Source of the DNA: a bacterium
GTDB lineage: Bacteria; SAR324; NAC60-12
Assembly: GCA_965233585.1 (NCBI GenBank)
Contig: CBDDTI010000747.1
Coordinates: 640,001 to 704,000, forward strand
DNA length: 64,000 nucleotides
Direction of reading: 5' to 3'
Shown here: positions 7,331-18,070 of the stretch, piece after piece
How positions within the stretch are numbered: the first letter of the stretch is position 1
Layout of the letters: each line of letters starts with the position of its first letter
Notes under the pieces: model-generated
Seen by the model: only the letters and a program-made list of their open reading frames with translations
Database searches by the model: none
What the model was told of the DNA's origin: nothing
Translations under genes and position numbers: made by a program

Positions 7331-10300
7331 TCAAGTCCAATTTTCAAGGTTTTTCAGATGCCATGCAGTCTGAGTCTTAGTTTGTATTAATTCTTCAGGA
7401 GAGCCAGATGCGATGACCTGCCCCCCGAGTTCACCACCTTGGGGACCTAAATCAATGATGTAGTCTGAAATTTTCATCATGTCCAAATGATGTTCTACCA
7501 TAATCACAGTATGTCCTTGTTCTGTGAGTTTATGCAAAATCAAGACCAGCCTAGCGACATCGTCAATGTGCAGTCCTGTGGTAGGTTCGTCAAAAAGATA
7601 AAGAGAGCGTCCGTGAGTTTTTTTAGAAAGTTCTACTGCCAGTTTAAGCCGTTGGGCTTCACCCCCTGAAAGAGTGTTGCCGGGCTGTCCTAATTTAAGA
7701 TACCCAAGACCCACATCACACAATGCTTGAAACGACTTTTGAAGCTGGGGGTGTTTGTCAAAAATTTTTAATGCTTGTTGAACTTCCAGTTTGAGGACAT
7801 CAGCAATGGTATAACCACGATAAGACACGGCAAGAGTTTCCCTATTGTACCGAAGACCTTGACATGTTTGACACTCCACAGTTACATCAGAAAGAAAGTG
7901 CATCTCAATATTTTGGATTCCAAGTCCCTCGCAAGTCGGACATCTTCCAGAAATAGAATTAAAGGAGAAGCGGCTTTTGCTAAACCCCCTTTCTTTTGAG
8001 GCAGGCAAAGAAGCAAACACCTCCGCAACGAGCGGAAGCCCTTTTGTGTAGGTCAATGGAGTAGAGCGTGGAGTGTGTCCGATGGGGTCTTGGTTGACAA
8101 GCAAGAGCTTGCTGACATGTTCCATGCCCTGTATTTTGGGGGAGTTTTTAAGTCGCTTCTTTTTGGGAAGTCCAAGATTGTTCTGAATCAACTTGGCTAA
8201 GACATCAAACACCAATGTTGACTTCCCTGCTCCTGACACTCCTGTGACTGTGGTGATAGCACCAATAGGAAAGGACACAGAGATATTTTTTAAATTGTGT
8301 TCTGTGACATTTTGAAGAATGAGTTTGGGGGCGTCTTGCCAGCATTTTCTCACCTGAGGAATGTCTATTTTGAGCTTATTTGCTAAATACTTGCCAGTGA
8401 GGGATTGAGTATTTTTCATCACTTGTTTAGGCGTCCCTTGTGCCACGACTTCTCCGCCATACTGACCTGCACCCGGTCCGAAATCTACCAGATGGTCTGC
8501 ACCACGAATCATCTCCAAATCATGTTCAACAATGATGAGTGTGTTGCCTAAATCTCGTAAATGTGTGAGTGCTTCAAATAATTGTCCAGAATCTTTGGGG
8601 TGTAAACCGATAGTTGGTTCATCAAGCACGTACAACGCACCAGTCAAGCCTGCCCCGATTTGAGAGGCTAGCCTAATTCTTTGGGATTCTCCCCCTGAAA
8701 GTGTAGCAGATGGCTGGTTCAGCTTCAGGTAGCCTACTCCCATTTGTTCCAGAAAAAGGAGTCTGCTGCGGATTTCCTGTAAAGGTTGTTCAGCAATTTG
8801 TGCTTGATTGGCGGTAAACTTCCAACTCTTCACCTTGATTAACGCATCAGACACTGTTGCCTCACAAAACTCCATGATGTTTTGATGACCTATCTTAACG
8901 GCTAAGTATTCAGGCTTCAGCCTCTGCCCCAGACACTCTGGACAATCGCTGTTCCACTGACTCATCTTTCCCAATCCCTCACACTCTGGACATGCTCCAA
9001 CATGTGCATTGAAGGAAAACATGCGTGGGTTCAATGGTTCATGTTGTGCGTAATAACACTTGGGACAGGCGTATTTTTCAGAAAAATCTAGCTGTTTTTT
9101 GTCTTCATCAAGCCAGACTTGAGCCAACTGGTTGCCCTGTTGATAAGCCATTTCAAAAGCTTCTATGAGCCTTGAGCTTTCCTTTGGGTTTGGCACAAGT
9201 CGGTCAATGACAAGCCAGATTCCTTTTTTGCCAAGTGAGTTGAGATTTTTGGGAAGTTCTTCATCAAGCCTAAAATGTTGCTGATTCATGTAAATTCTGA
9301 TGAAGCCTTGTTCTTGTAAATGACTTTGCAATTTGAGCAGTTGCTCAGGTTTTTGCAAGACGCAACGTGAGAAGGCATGAGGCAAATAAAGTGGTGCAGC
9401 AATCACAATCCGTTGCGATGCTTGGGTCAGTAATGCCTGCGCGGCACGACTTGGAGAGTGTTGCTCAAGGGGGATTTTAGAATTTTGAGCCTTTTGACAG
9501 TGAGGACAATGAGCCTGACCAATCCTTGCATAAAGCAAACGAAGGTAGTCATAAACCTCTGTTGCAGTTGCCACATTAGAGCGTGGATTCCGACTTCCTG
9601 ATTTTTGAGTAATGGCAATGGCAGGGGCAAGTCCTTCAATAGACTCTGCTTGAATCTTCTCTGCCTTACCCAAAAAACGTCTGGCATAAGTAGAAAGGGA
9701 TTCTACGTAACGTGCTTGCCCTTGTGAAAAAATTGTTCCAATGGCAAGCGTGGATTTCCCTGAACCTGAAACACCAGTAAACACAGTGATTTTTCCATGC
9801 GGAATGGTCAGGTCAATATGTTTTAAATTGTTCTTGAATGCACCATGAATCACTAGATTTCTATTTTGAACTTTGGGCAGGCGTGTTGTTGTCTGGGGGA
9901 CTTGATAGGTTTGTTGCAGTGCATGAATCAAAAAACCCCCTGTCAGCGATTGCTTGTGTTGTGCCACTGCCTCTGGTGTTCCTTGTGCTACAATTTCTCC
10001 ACCATCATCGCCACCACCCGGACCCATCTCAAGCAAATAATCTACACTCTTGAGAACATCTAAATTATGCTCTACAACTAAAACACTATGCCCAAGCCCC
10101 ACCAGTTTTTGTAAAAGCTCAAGGAGCAATTTCACATCGTAAGCATGCAGTCCCGTCGTCGGTTCATCAAGCAAATAAAAAGTGTTTTGTTGGGATTGTT
10201 TACGAAACTCTGATGCCAGCTTCACCCGCTGCGCCTCACCCCCTGAAAGTGTTGTTGAGGGCTGACCAAGTTTGACATACCCCAAACCTACTTGACACAT

Positions 10301-12745
10301 TGCCCCTAAAATCCGCTCTAAATGAGGAGAGGATTTAAAAAAATGGTAGGCTTCCTCAACGCTCATGTCCAAAACATCAGCAATGCTTTTGCCACGATAC
10401 ACAATTTCTAATGTCTGTGCATTGAAACGTCTGCCATGACATGCCTCGCAAATGACTTGCACGTCACTAAAAAACTGCATTTCAATCGTTTTGACGCCTG
10501 CCCCTTGACACTCTTCACAACGTCCACCTTTGACGTTAAATGAAAAACGTCCCACTGCATAGCCTCTGGCACGTGACTCTGGCAATTTGGCAAACAAACT
10601 TCTGATTTCATCAAAGGCTTTGACGTAAGTGGCAGGGTTGCTTCTTGGCGTCCTACCAATCGGGGCTTGGTTAATTTCTACAACACGTTTGATGTTTTCA
10701 AATCCTTTGACTTTTTGGTAAGAAGGTTTGCCTGACTTCTTCCTTGCCACATGTTCTGAAAGTGCAGGTTTCAAAACTCCATCTAGTAAAGTTGATTTGC
10801 CTGACCCTGAAACACCTGCGACTCCTACAAACACACCCAGTGGAATTTGAAAGTCTATATTTTTCAGATTGTTCAAAGATGCTCCAAAAATTTCTAGCAT
10901 TCCAGACTGAAGAGGGCGTCTTGTTGTTGGAATGGGAATAGTCTCCTTTCCTGAAAGAAACTTTCCAGTCAGTGATTTTTGTGATTTCAAAAGTTGGCTG
11001 AGCTTGCCACTGACGACAATCTCACCGCCTTGTTCTCCTGCACCTACTCCCACATCAACCACGTAGTCTGCTGACAAGATGGTTTCTTCATCGTGTTCTA
11101 CGACCAAGACGGTGTTGCCTCTGTCCCTTAAAGTTTTTAATGCACCAATCAGCCTTTGATTGTCTCTTGGGTGTAATCCGATAGAAGGCTCATCTAAAAC
11201 ATAAAGCACGCCTTGCAGTCCTGACCCGATATGCGTGGCAAGCCTGATGCGTTGGGCTTCTCCCCCTGAAAGTGTGCCTGCAGACCGCTCAAGTGTCAGA
11301 TAACCGACTCCGACTTCATCAAGAAACTTGAGCCGTGAGTTGATTTCTTGAAAAATGGTATGACCCACCAGCTTTTCAAATTCTGAAAGGTTGAGACTCT
11401 GAAAAAATTGATAAGATTTGGAGATGGAAAGAGCTGTGAGAGATTGAATGTGATGCTGATGAAATTTGACAGCCAGAGCAGTTGGATTGAGCCTTGCCCC
11501 TTGACAAGCCCCGCAAATGATATGACGACCAAACTGTTCAATGATACGTTTGACAAACTTTGCAACAAATTTAAAAATTGGCTCAACTCCAACCCACTCC
11601 CCTTTTTCCAAAAGCTTTCTGAGCTGCTTGCCTCCGTGAAAGACACGGAAGCTATTCAAACCAATTTGGGCGTTGCCATGTAGAAAAATCTGACGAGCCT
11701 CATCAGAAAGGTCTTGCCATGAGGCTTGAGGTTTGATGTGAAGCAGTTTGAAAAGTAATTGAAAATGTTCTAATCCAATGGCGGTGTAGAGTATCTTGCC
11801 TTGTGGATTGACAAATCGCATGCCTCCATCTAGCAATGGCTTGCTTGCATCAAAAAGTTTAGTCTCATCAAGTTCATACAATTCACCAAGTCCCTGACAT
11901 TCTGGGCAAGCTCCTTGCGGTGAATTGAACGAAAAAAGTCGGGGTTCCATCTCTGGAATGGCAATTTGACAACGAGGGCATGCCATCAGACTGCTAAACA
12001 AATGTTCTTGCTCTGCATACAACGCAATCACTAAACCTTTGGAAAGATGAAGAGACCGCTCAATGCCTTCCGTAAAACGGCTTTTTTCATCAGGTGTTAA
12101 TTTAAGGCGGTCTATCACCAAATCAATAGAGTGCATCTCATATCGCTCAAGGACAATGTCTTCATCAAGCCTGCGGATCGCACCGTCAATTCTTGCTCTC
12201 ACAAACCCGTCTGCTTGCCATTGTTCAAGCTCTTTGCGGTATTCACCTTTTCGTTTTTGCACCATTGGGGCAAGGAGCATACAGTGTTCACCTGCACCTT
12301 CGGCAAAAACTTGGTCAGTGATTTGGTCAGGTGTTTGCCCCTGAATCGGTTCTTGGCACTGCGGGCAGTAAGGTGTTCCTAGTCTTGAAAAGAGCAAGCG
12401 GTAGTGGTCGTAAAGCTCGGTGATAGTTCCCACAGTGGAACGTGGATTACGGTTGACGGTTTTCTGGTCAACGCAAATCGTGGGGCTTAGCCCTTCTAAT
12501 GACTCTACATGAGGTCTTTCATGCACTCCGAGAAACTGCCTTGCATAAGGTGAAAGTGATTCAATAAAACGTCTTTGTCCTTCTTGAAAAATCGTGTCAA
12601 ATGCCAAAGACGATTTGCCTGAACCTGACACCCCACTCAATACAGAAAATTGGAGTTGTGGAATTTTAACATCAACATTTTTCAAGTTGTGTTCTGATGC
12701 CCCACGCACAACAATCCAGTCTTGCTTCACTTTCATATCAGCCAA
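7331..12745 (-). CDS. uvrA: Excinuclease ABC subunit A, double-length (two fused UvrA units)
   Basis: Four Walker A (GVSGS/AGKS), four LSGGE signatures, four DEP Walker B, CxxC zinc pairs. 1804 aa. Confidence 0.95.
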   Translation of the reverse strand: MADMKVKQDWIVVRGASEHNLKNVDVKIPQLQFSVLSGVSGSGKSSLAFDTIFQEGQRRFIESLSPYARQFLGVHERPHVESLEGLSPTICVDQKTVNRNPRSTVGTITELYDHYRLLFSRLGTPYCPQCQEPIQGQTPDQITDQVFAEGAGEHCMLLAPMVQKRKGEYRKELEQWQADGFVRARIDGAIRRLDEDIVLERYEMHSIDLVIDRLKLTPDEKSRFTEGIERSLHLSKGLVIALYAEQEHLFSSLMACPRCQIAIPEMEPRLFSFNSPQGACPECQGLGELYELDETKLFDASKPLLDGGMRFVNPQGKILYTAIGLEHFQLLFKLLHIKPQASWQDLSDEARQIFLHGNAQIGLNSFRVFHGGKQLRKLLEKGEWVGVEPIFKFVAKFVKRIIEQFGRHIICGACQGARLNPTALAVKFHQHHIQSLTALSISKSYQFFQSLNLSEFEKLVGHTIFQEINSRLKFLDEVGVGYLTLERSAGTLSGGEAQRIRLATHIGSGLQGVLYVLDEPSIGLHPRDNQRLIGALKTLRDRGNTVLVVEHDEETILSADYVVDVGVGAGEQGGEIVVSGKLSQLLKSQKSLTGKFLSGKETIPIPTTRRPLQSGMLEIFGASLNNLKNIDFQIPLGVFVGVAGVSGSGKSTLLDGVLKPALSEHVARKKSGKPSYQKVKGFENIKRVVEINQAPIGRTPRSNPATYVKAFDEIRSLFAKLPESRARGYAVGRFSFNVKGGRCEECQGAGVKTIEMQFFSDVQVICEACHGRRFNAQTLEIVYRGKSIADVLDMSVEEAYHFFKSSPHLERILGAMCQVGLGYVKLGQPSTTLSGGEAQRVKLASEFRKQSQQNTFYLLDEPTTGLHAYDVKLLLELLQKLVGLGHSVLVVEHNLDVLKSVDYLLEMGPGGGDDGGEIVAQGTPEAVAQHKQSLTGGFLIHALQQTYQVPQTTTRLPKVQNRNLVIHGAFKNNLKHIDLTIPHGKITVFTGVSGSGKSTLAIGTIFSQGQARYVESLSTYARRFLGKAEKIQAESIEGLAPAIAITQKSGSRNPRSNVATATEVYDYLRLLYARIGQAHCPHCQKAQNSKIPLEQHSPSRAAQALLTQASQRIVIAAPLYLPHAFSRCVLQKPEQLLKLQSHLQEQGFIRIYMNQQHFRLDEELPKNLNSLGKKGIWLVIDRLVPNPKESSRLIEAFEMAYQQGNQLAQVWLDEDKKQLDFSEKYACPKCYYAQHEPLNPRMFSFNAHVGACPECEGLGKMSQWNSDCPECLGQRLKPEYLAVKIGHQNIMEFCEATVSDALIKVKSWKFTANQAQIAEQPLQEIRSRLLFLEQMGVGYLKLNQPSATLSGGESQRIRLASQIGAGLTGALYVLDEPTIGLHPKDSGQLFEALTHLRDLGNTLIIVEHDLEMIRGADHLVDFGPGAGQYGGEVVAQGTPKQVMKNTQSLTGKYLANKLKIDIPQVRKCWQDAPKLILQNVTEHNLKNISVSFPIGAITTVTGVSGAGKSTLVFDVLAKLIQNNLGLPKKKRLKNSPKIQGMEHVSKLLLVNQDPIGHTPRSTPLTYTKGLPLVAEVFASLPASKERGFSKSRFSFNSISGRCPTCEGLGIQNIEMHFLSDVTVECQTCQGLRYNRETLAVSYRGYTIADVLKLEVQQALKIFDKHPQLQKSFQALCDVGLGYLKLGQPGNTLSGGEAQRLKLAVELSKKTHGRSLYLFDEPTTGLHIDDVARLVLILHKLTEQGHTVIMVEHHLDMMKISDYIIDLGPQGGELGGQVIASGSPEELIQTKTQTAWHLKNLENWT

Positions 12746-12781
12746 ATCAAAGAAATGATTTTGAATTTCAAACGGAAGGGG

Positions 12782-13261
12782 TTAGCCAAACAATTTGCCA
12801 AATTGCTGTTGTCTGAATTGGAAAATCTTTGTCAGTTCCTTTTGAATCAGGAGAGCATTGAGAGCAGGAGAAAACAAACTAAACACGGGCAAAAGATAGG
12901 TGATTTTGTCTTTCATCAAGACATGGTCGCCTTTTTCTTCAAGAGTGTGTTGATGATGCCAGAATTTGTAAGGACCAAAACGTTGTTCATCAGTAAATTG
13001 ACGATGTGGCTCAACTTGTTTGATTTCTGTGATCCAGTATTGTTTGCCAATCCACGGAATTTGGATGCGATATTTCAGCAAAAGCCCTGTGTAGATTTGT
13101 TCAGGCAGATTTTGAGAAAGGATTTCAAAGTTGAGAGAGGCAGGAGTGATTTGGTTCAAATTATTTGGATTGGAAATAAACGTCCAAAGGGTTTGAAGGT
13201 CGGCATTAAGAATTTGTTCTTGTGAAAGAGTGTGAATTGGACCATCTGATTGAAATTGCAT
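12782..13261 (-). CDS. SRPBCC family protein
   Basis: LW.F.SNP.NL..ITP, W.TEI, F.DEQ.FGPYKFWHHQH, MKD.I.Y, IF.FR. Confidence 0.85.
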   Translation of the reverse strand: MQFQSDGPIHTLSQEQILNADLQTLWTFISNPNNLNQITPASLNFEILSQNLPEQIYTGLLLKYRIQIPWIGKQYWITEIKQVEPHRQFTDEQRFGPYKFWHHQHTLEEKGDHVLMKDKITYLLPVFSLFSPALNALLIQKELTKIFQFRQQQFGKLFG

Positions 13262-13863
13262 AAAATGATAAATGGATGAGAATGAATAAGAATGAACGAC
13301 AAAAAGACAAATGTTAAATGAGACAAAGACTTGACCTGATGCTCAAAAAAGCCTGAACCTCTCCCCTCTATTCTAATGTGATGTCTCATAGTTTGTCTAT
13401 CTTTCAATCAAAGCATCGGCTATCCATTGGCTGTTCATCTAGTTGTTTGTCTTTTGAACAAATGGATTGAATACTTCCATTTGAACTGCCAACAACTTTG
13501 AAACCTTAAAAGTACTGAATGGAAATTTTCATGGAAAGTATTTTGCATGATTTTTGAACAATTTTTGTAAATTTTGTGTGATTTTGATGAAAGAATTGCT
13601 AGCATCAAAAATGAAATCACATCAAAAAAACATCATTTAGGTCTTGACATAAAATGACCCTATATTATAATTGACATCTAGCTTTATGACTTAGAGTTTT
13701 ATCCAGAGAAAATAGTTTGAATTGAAGGTTTTACCAGTTTAAAACGAGGATTTTCTGCGATAAAAATCTTTAAGATATAAAGTTATGTCTTCAGGTGTTT
13801 AGAATCGTTTTTGATTCTAACTATTTTAATCTATTTGAATTGTTTTATTTTATGGAGAATCTT

Positions 13864-14886
13864 ATGCAAATTGGACAAAGAATTTGGCTCAAGTCATTGA
13901 TGGCTTTGGGGCTGACAATCGTTGTAGCATCGTGTGGTGACCTTGAAATCATCACTTCTGATGACCAAAACACAGAGGCTACTTCAGACAAAAAATTGAT
14001 GGAGTTTGATTTGGCTTCTAGCGAAGAGGAGGAAGTCGTCAAGTCTTCATCAGTGAAAATCAGTGGAACTGATGTTGCTGTCACCTTCTCAAAAAACATA
14101 GCACTGACTAATCTTGTAGCTACTTTCAAACTTTCTGACAAAGCGATTGCTCAAGTTGGAGATGTCATTCAGGAAAGTGGAAAAACAGAAAATGACTTCA
14201 CTGAACCTGTGACCTATACCATCGTTGCAGAAGACAAAAGCCAGCAAAAGTACCAAATCACAGTAACCAGCGAGCCAGTATCTGAACAAGAACTTGACCC
14301 TGCTGCACCCTCTCAAGACGTTCAACCTTCATCTTCTCCTGACCAAGACGTTCAGCCATCTGCACCCTCTCAAAACGCTGGGATTTCAGATTCCTTTGTT
14401 GACCCAAGAGACGGCAAGGTCTATCCCATCGCGGAATTAGACGGCAAGATTTGGATGCTGAAAAATTTTGAATATGAACATGAAGACGGAGTGAAGTCAG
14501 TGAAGCCTGTGGTTCCTCGTATGGACTATGATGAAGGTGGAAATCTGGTCATTCTCAATGAAGAGCCTGCTGTTGGAAGAGCTTACACCTTTGAAGGGGC
14601 AGAAGAAGCGGCACCAGAGGGCTGGCGTTTGCCTTCAAGAGCAGAATGGGAGTCTCTCTTCAATCGTTACGGGCAGGATTTGCTTAAAAAAGATGGAGAG
14701 ACCAAATTCAATATCATTCATGGTCCTTTCGCAAGCTGTAATCAAGTCTGTACTGCTGGAGATGCGTTTTATTGGGCTGATGGTCAACACAACGTGGCAT
14801 TGACTAAAGACAGGCTCATTGCTGGGCGATTTCAATTATCTGATAATTGGTTTTTTGTAGTGCGTTATGTTCGGGATTCTTTGTAG
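13864..14886 (+). CDS. Lipoprotein with DUF5018-like Ig-type domain and Fibrobacter succinogenes major paralogous (FISUMP-like) domain
   Basis: RBS GGAG then ATG 13864. Lipobox VASC. DFTEPVTYTIVAED..Y.ITV, FVDPRDGKVY..GKIWM..N, PEGWRLPSRAEWE.L. Confidence 0.7.
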   Translation: MQIGQRIWLKSLMALGLTIVVASCGDLEIITSDDQNTEATSDKKLMEFDLASSEEEEVVKSSSVKISGTDVAVTFSKNIALTNLVATFKLSDKAIAQVGDVIQESGKTENDFTEPVTYTIVAEDKSQQKYQITVTSEPVSEQELDPAAPSQDVQPSSSPDQDVQPSAPSQNAGISDSFVDPRDGKVYPIAELDGKIWMLKNFEYEHEDGVKSVKPVVPRMDYDEGGNLVILNEEPAVGRAYTFEGAEEAAPEGWRLPSRAEWESLFNRYGQDLLKKDGETKFNIIHGPFASCNQVCTAGDAFYWADGQHNVALTKDRLIAGRFQLSDNWFFVVRYVRDSL

Positions 14887-14956
14887 GTCTTTCAAGTCAA
14901 CCCCGAATAAATTTGATGTTTTGCTGAATTAAAAAATTAACTTGATGAGGTCTCAA

Positions 14957-16738
14957 ATGAAAATCAAACAAAATCACTACTTTTGTTGTACCGTCTTGCT
15001 AGGGTTATTCCTCAATGCCTGTGGAATTGAGGGGGCTGGTGACTCTTCCGTTGCATCAAAGTCAGAGGAACAGCCGACTATTTCACCTGTGACTCCAGCA
15101 ACAACCAATAGTCCTGTTCAGCCTCCCGTTCAACTTCCAGCCCAGCAACAGCCGATTGTCCCATCTGTGACTCCTGCAACAACCAATAGTCCTACTCAAC
15201 CGGGAGTAGTGGCTAGTCTCAACATTCAAGACCCGCTTTACAAAGAGCAGTGGTATTTGAAGAATACAGGGCAGTCTGGGGGAACGGCTGGTATTGACAT
15301 TAACATTGAGCCTGTCTGGAGGCAAGGTTACACAGGAAAAGGTGTGAAAATTGGGGTTTTAGATGACCCCCTTCAAAGCAATCACCCTGATTTGAGAGTC
15401 TCATCAGTCAACATCACTGATTACTCTCCTGACGACCCCATTTGTGCTTCTGATCCTAATAAACGTAGGGGGCATGGAATGAATGTAGCGGGTTTGATTG
15501 CGGCAAGAGACAACAACATCGGCTTGCGTGGGGTGGCTTTCCGTTCCACGTTGTATGGCTATGGAGTGATTGACGGTGATAATATTCCAAATTTTCTTAA
15601 CAACGTCAGAGACGCTTTGAACAGAGCAGAACATCGGCAAATTGCTGTTTACAATGGAAGCATAGGAAATAAGGCATCTGAATATGATCCAATCACACCT
15701 GACATGTATCAAGCTGTTGAGAAAGTGACGCATCAAGGGTTTTATGGCAAAGGGTCTGTGTTAGTTTTTGCAGCAGGAAATGGCAGTGTGATAAGGCTGG
15801 GCAATTCTTCTTTAGAAGCCCTCTGGTCTAATCACTATGCCACAATCACAGTCAATACAGTCACTCGCGAAGGTTACTCTGTTGAAAACTTTGGAGGAAG
15901 TGGCGGGGTCAATCTATGGTTAGGTTCTCCTAGTCGTATGGGGTTTTCTGGAGGTAGAATGCCAACGACCAATGTCATTTGTTCAGGAGTGTCCCAATAT
16001 GATGAGATGAATGCGACTTCAGGTGCAACTCCGTTAGTTTCAGGAGTGGTGGCTTTGTTGCGTGAGGCGTATCCCCAACTCACGTGGCGTGATGTGAAGT
16101 TGATTTTGGCAGAAAGTGCCAGAAAAATCACAGATCAAGGTCAACAGTATCAAAAAACAGGTCAAATGTACTCTGACCCGACTCAAGACCAAAAGCATCA
16201 TCGTTACACAGGGTTTGGGTTGGTCAATGCTGGTGCGGCTTTGGAGTTAGCCAAAAGCTGGAAATCATTGCCCCCAATGAAAACTGCTGAGCAGAGCCAA
16301 AACACAAGTTTAGATGTGAGAACCCGCAACAGGTGGCATGAAAGCACCTTAAACTTCCGTAACATTCCACGAATCACTTTTATTGAATCAGTCACTTTGC
16401 AAATGGAGATGATGGCGGAAGAAGAGGTAGATGATGCTAACAATCGGGCATGTGTGGGTCAATGGGATTTAGAGCTGGTTTCGCCTGACCAAAAAAAGTC
16501 TGCCCTCTTTAAAGCCAATGGTGAGACAAAAATTTCTCATGCTTGGCAAGATGGGATTTGTTTGCAAGCAGGGGCAAATCAAGTGCGTTTCGTTTCTAAC
16601 TCCTTTTTAGGAAGTTCTTCTATCACAGGAGATTGGAAGTTAAGAATCAAACAAACTGATCCAGAACCTACAGCAGTTCATTATGCTGATTTGATGACTG
16701 AAATCAAAAACTGGAAAATCACTGTCAGAGGACATTAA
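14957..16738 (+). CDS. Subtilisin/kexin-like S8 serine peptidase lipoprotein with C-terminal P-domain-like region
   Basis: Lipobox LNAC. DPL..EQWYL.N, triad VLDD / HGM.VAG / ATSGATP, FAAGN, LTWRDVK, GFGLVNA, GDWKLRI. Confidence 0.9.
   Translation: MKIKQNHYFCCTVLLGLFLNACGIEGAGDSSVASKSEEQPTISPVTPATTNSPVQPPVQLPAQQQPIVPSVTPATTNSPTQPGVVASLNIQDPLYKEQWYLKNTGQSGGTAGIDINIEPVWRQGYTGKGVKIGVLDDPLQSNHPDLRVSSVNITDYSPDDPICASDPNKRRGHGMNVAGLIAARDNNIGLRGVAFRSTLYGYGVIDGDNIPNFLNNVRDALNRAEHRQIAVYNGSIGNKASEYDPITPDMYQAVEKVTHQGFYGKGSVLVFAAGNGSVIRLGNSSLEALWSNHYATITVNTVTREGYSVENFGGSGGVNLWLGSPSRMGFSGGRMPTTNVICSGVSQYDEMNATSGATPLVSGVVALLREAYPQLTWRDVKLILAESARKITDQGQQYQKTGQMYSDPTQDQKHHRYTGFGLVNAGAALELAKSWKSLPPMKTAEQSQNTSLDVRTRNRWHESTLNFRNIPRITFIESVTLQMEMMAEEEVDDANNRACVGQWDLELVSPDQKKSALFKANGETKISHAWQDGICLQAGANQVRFVSNSFLGSSSITGDWKLRIKQTDPEPTAVHYADLMTEIKNWKITVRGH
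15071..15201 (+). repeat. Intragenic imperfect tandem duplication (78-bp period) encoding QP..PVTPATTNSP linker
   Basis: CTGTGACTCCWGCAACAACCAATAGTCCT occurs twice. Confidence 0.8.
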
Positions 16739-16762
16739 ATTTTAAAAAAAACTTCAACAAAC

Positions 16763-17929
16763 TCACGTAGAGTATTCGGAGTTAATGCGGACGTATTCAG
16801 CAGTCAAATCACCTCCCCAGACAGTCTCTTGAAATGTCCCTTGACCAAGTGAGATTTCAATGTGAATCTCTGCTTGTTTCAAGGATTGTGCAATGCGTTC
16901 CAGAAACTCTGGTTGTTGTTGCACAATTTGGGCATTGATTGTCAAAGTTTTGTCAAATGTGATTTGAATGTGTTCTATTGGCACAACGTAGTCTGAAACA
17001 TTTCCTATTGCCATGATAAACCTACCCCAATTCGGGTCTGCACCATGAATGGCAGTTTGAACCAACGGTGAATTAATGATTTGATGAGCTGTCAAACGTG
17101 CTTGCCTTTGATCAACTGCACCCGAAACAACCAATTCCACAACCTTTGAAACACCCTCGCCATCTTTCACAAGTTCCTTAGACAGCCACCTAGACATCTC
17201 TAAAAATTTTTGTTCAAACTCTTCTTTTTTGACTCTTCCAGCAAGTCCATTAGATAAAATCACAGCAGTATCACTGGTTGAGGTGTCCCCATCAATGGAG
17301 ACACGATTCAACGTTTTTTCTACAACCTGATGAAGCATCGTTTTTAATTCTGCGGCAGAAAAATCAGCATCTGTTGCAAAATATGCCAACATCGTCGCCA
17401 TGTTTGGTGCAATCATTCCCGAACCTTTGACGACTCCAACAAGTGTTGCATCACCAATCTGACAAGAGGCAAATTTAGGTTGAGTATCGGTTGTCATAAT
17501 GGCACATGCAAAATTTTTAAAGGCTTGAGGTGTGCTTTGAAAATCTTTTTCAAGATTGACACAACCTTGCTTGATGCAGTCCATTGGCAGGAGTTTCCCG
17601 ATGATTCCAGTGGAAGAAGGCAAAACATCTTCAGGCTTGATACCAAGCTCTTTGGCAACCCACCTGCAAATCATCTGAGAATCTTCAATCCCCTTTGTTC
17701 CTGTTGCCACATTGGCATTTTTAGAGTTGACAATCACCGCTTGTAAAATGCCATTTTCAAGATGTTGACGCCCCACAACGACAGGCGCCCCGCATTGTGT
17801 GTTTTGTGTGAACATGCCAGAGGCTTGACAAGGAACTTGTGAGGCAATGCCTCCAAAATCAAGAGACTCATCTTTAATGCCAATGTTCTTACCAAACCAA
17901 GAAAAACCTTGAGGCAGTTTTATAACCAT
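16763..17929 (-). CDS. argJ: Glutamate N-acetyltransferase/ornithine acetyltransferase
   Basis: STGIIG, AIMTTDT, KGSGMIAPNMATML, DGDTSTSD, KDGEG, GADPNWGR. Start taken at MVIKLP. Confidence 0.95.
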   Translation of the reverse strand: MVIKLPQGFSWFGKNIGIKDESLDFGGIASQVPCQASGMFTQNTQCGAPVVVGRQHLENGILQAVIVNSKNANVATGTKGIEDSQMICRWVAKELGIKPEDVLPSSTGIIGKLLPMDCIKQGCVNLEKDFQSTPQAFKNFACAIMTTDTQPKFASCQIGDATLVGVVKGSGMIAPNMATMLAYFATDADFSAAELKTMLHQVVEKTLNRVSIDGDTSTSDTAVILSNGLAGRVKKEEFEQKFLEMSRWLSKELVKDGEGVSKVVELVVSGAVDQRQARLTAHQIINSPLVQTAIHGADPNWGRFIMAIGNVSDYVVPIEHIQITFDKTLTINAQIVQQQPEFLERIAQSLKQAEIHIEISLGQGTFQETVWGGDLTAEYVRINSEYST

Positions 17930-18037
17930 GACAAATTGAGTAATAGATGACGAGAGGGTGATGTTTGAAAGTTGGAAGGAGAAAAGACTTGATGACAAGT
18001 TTTGACAAAAAATCTTGATTTCTAAAAAGCAATATCT

Positions 18038-18065
18038 TGTTGATGCACCAAATTGTGCATCAACA
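18038..18065 (-). terminator. Hairpin downstream of pstS
   Basis: TGTTGATGCAC-N6-GTGCATCAACA perfect 11-bp stem. Confidence 0.6.
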
Positions 18066-18070
18066 GTAGC

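Noticed and set aside
12722..13225. 167-aa plus-strand ORF
   Set aside because: It is antisense to the SRPBCC gene, which has clear family motifs.
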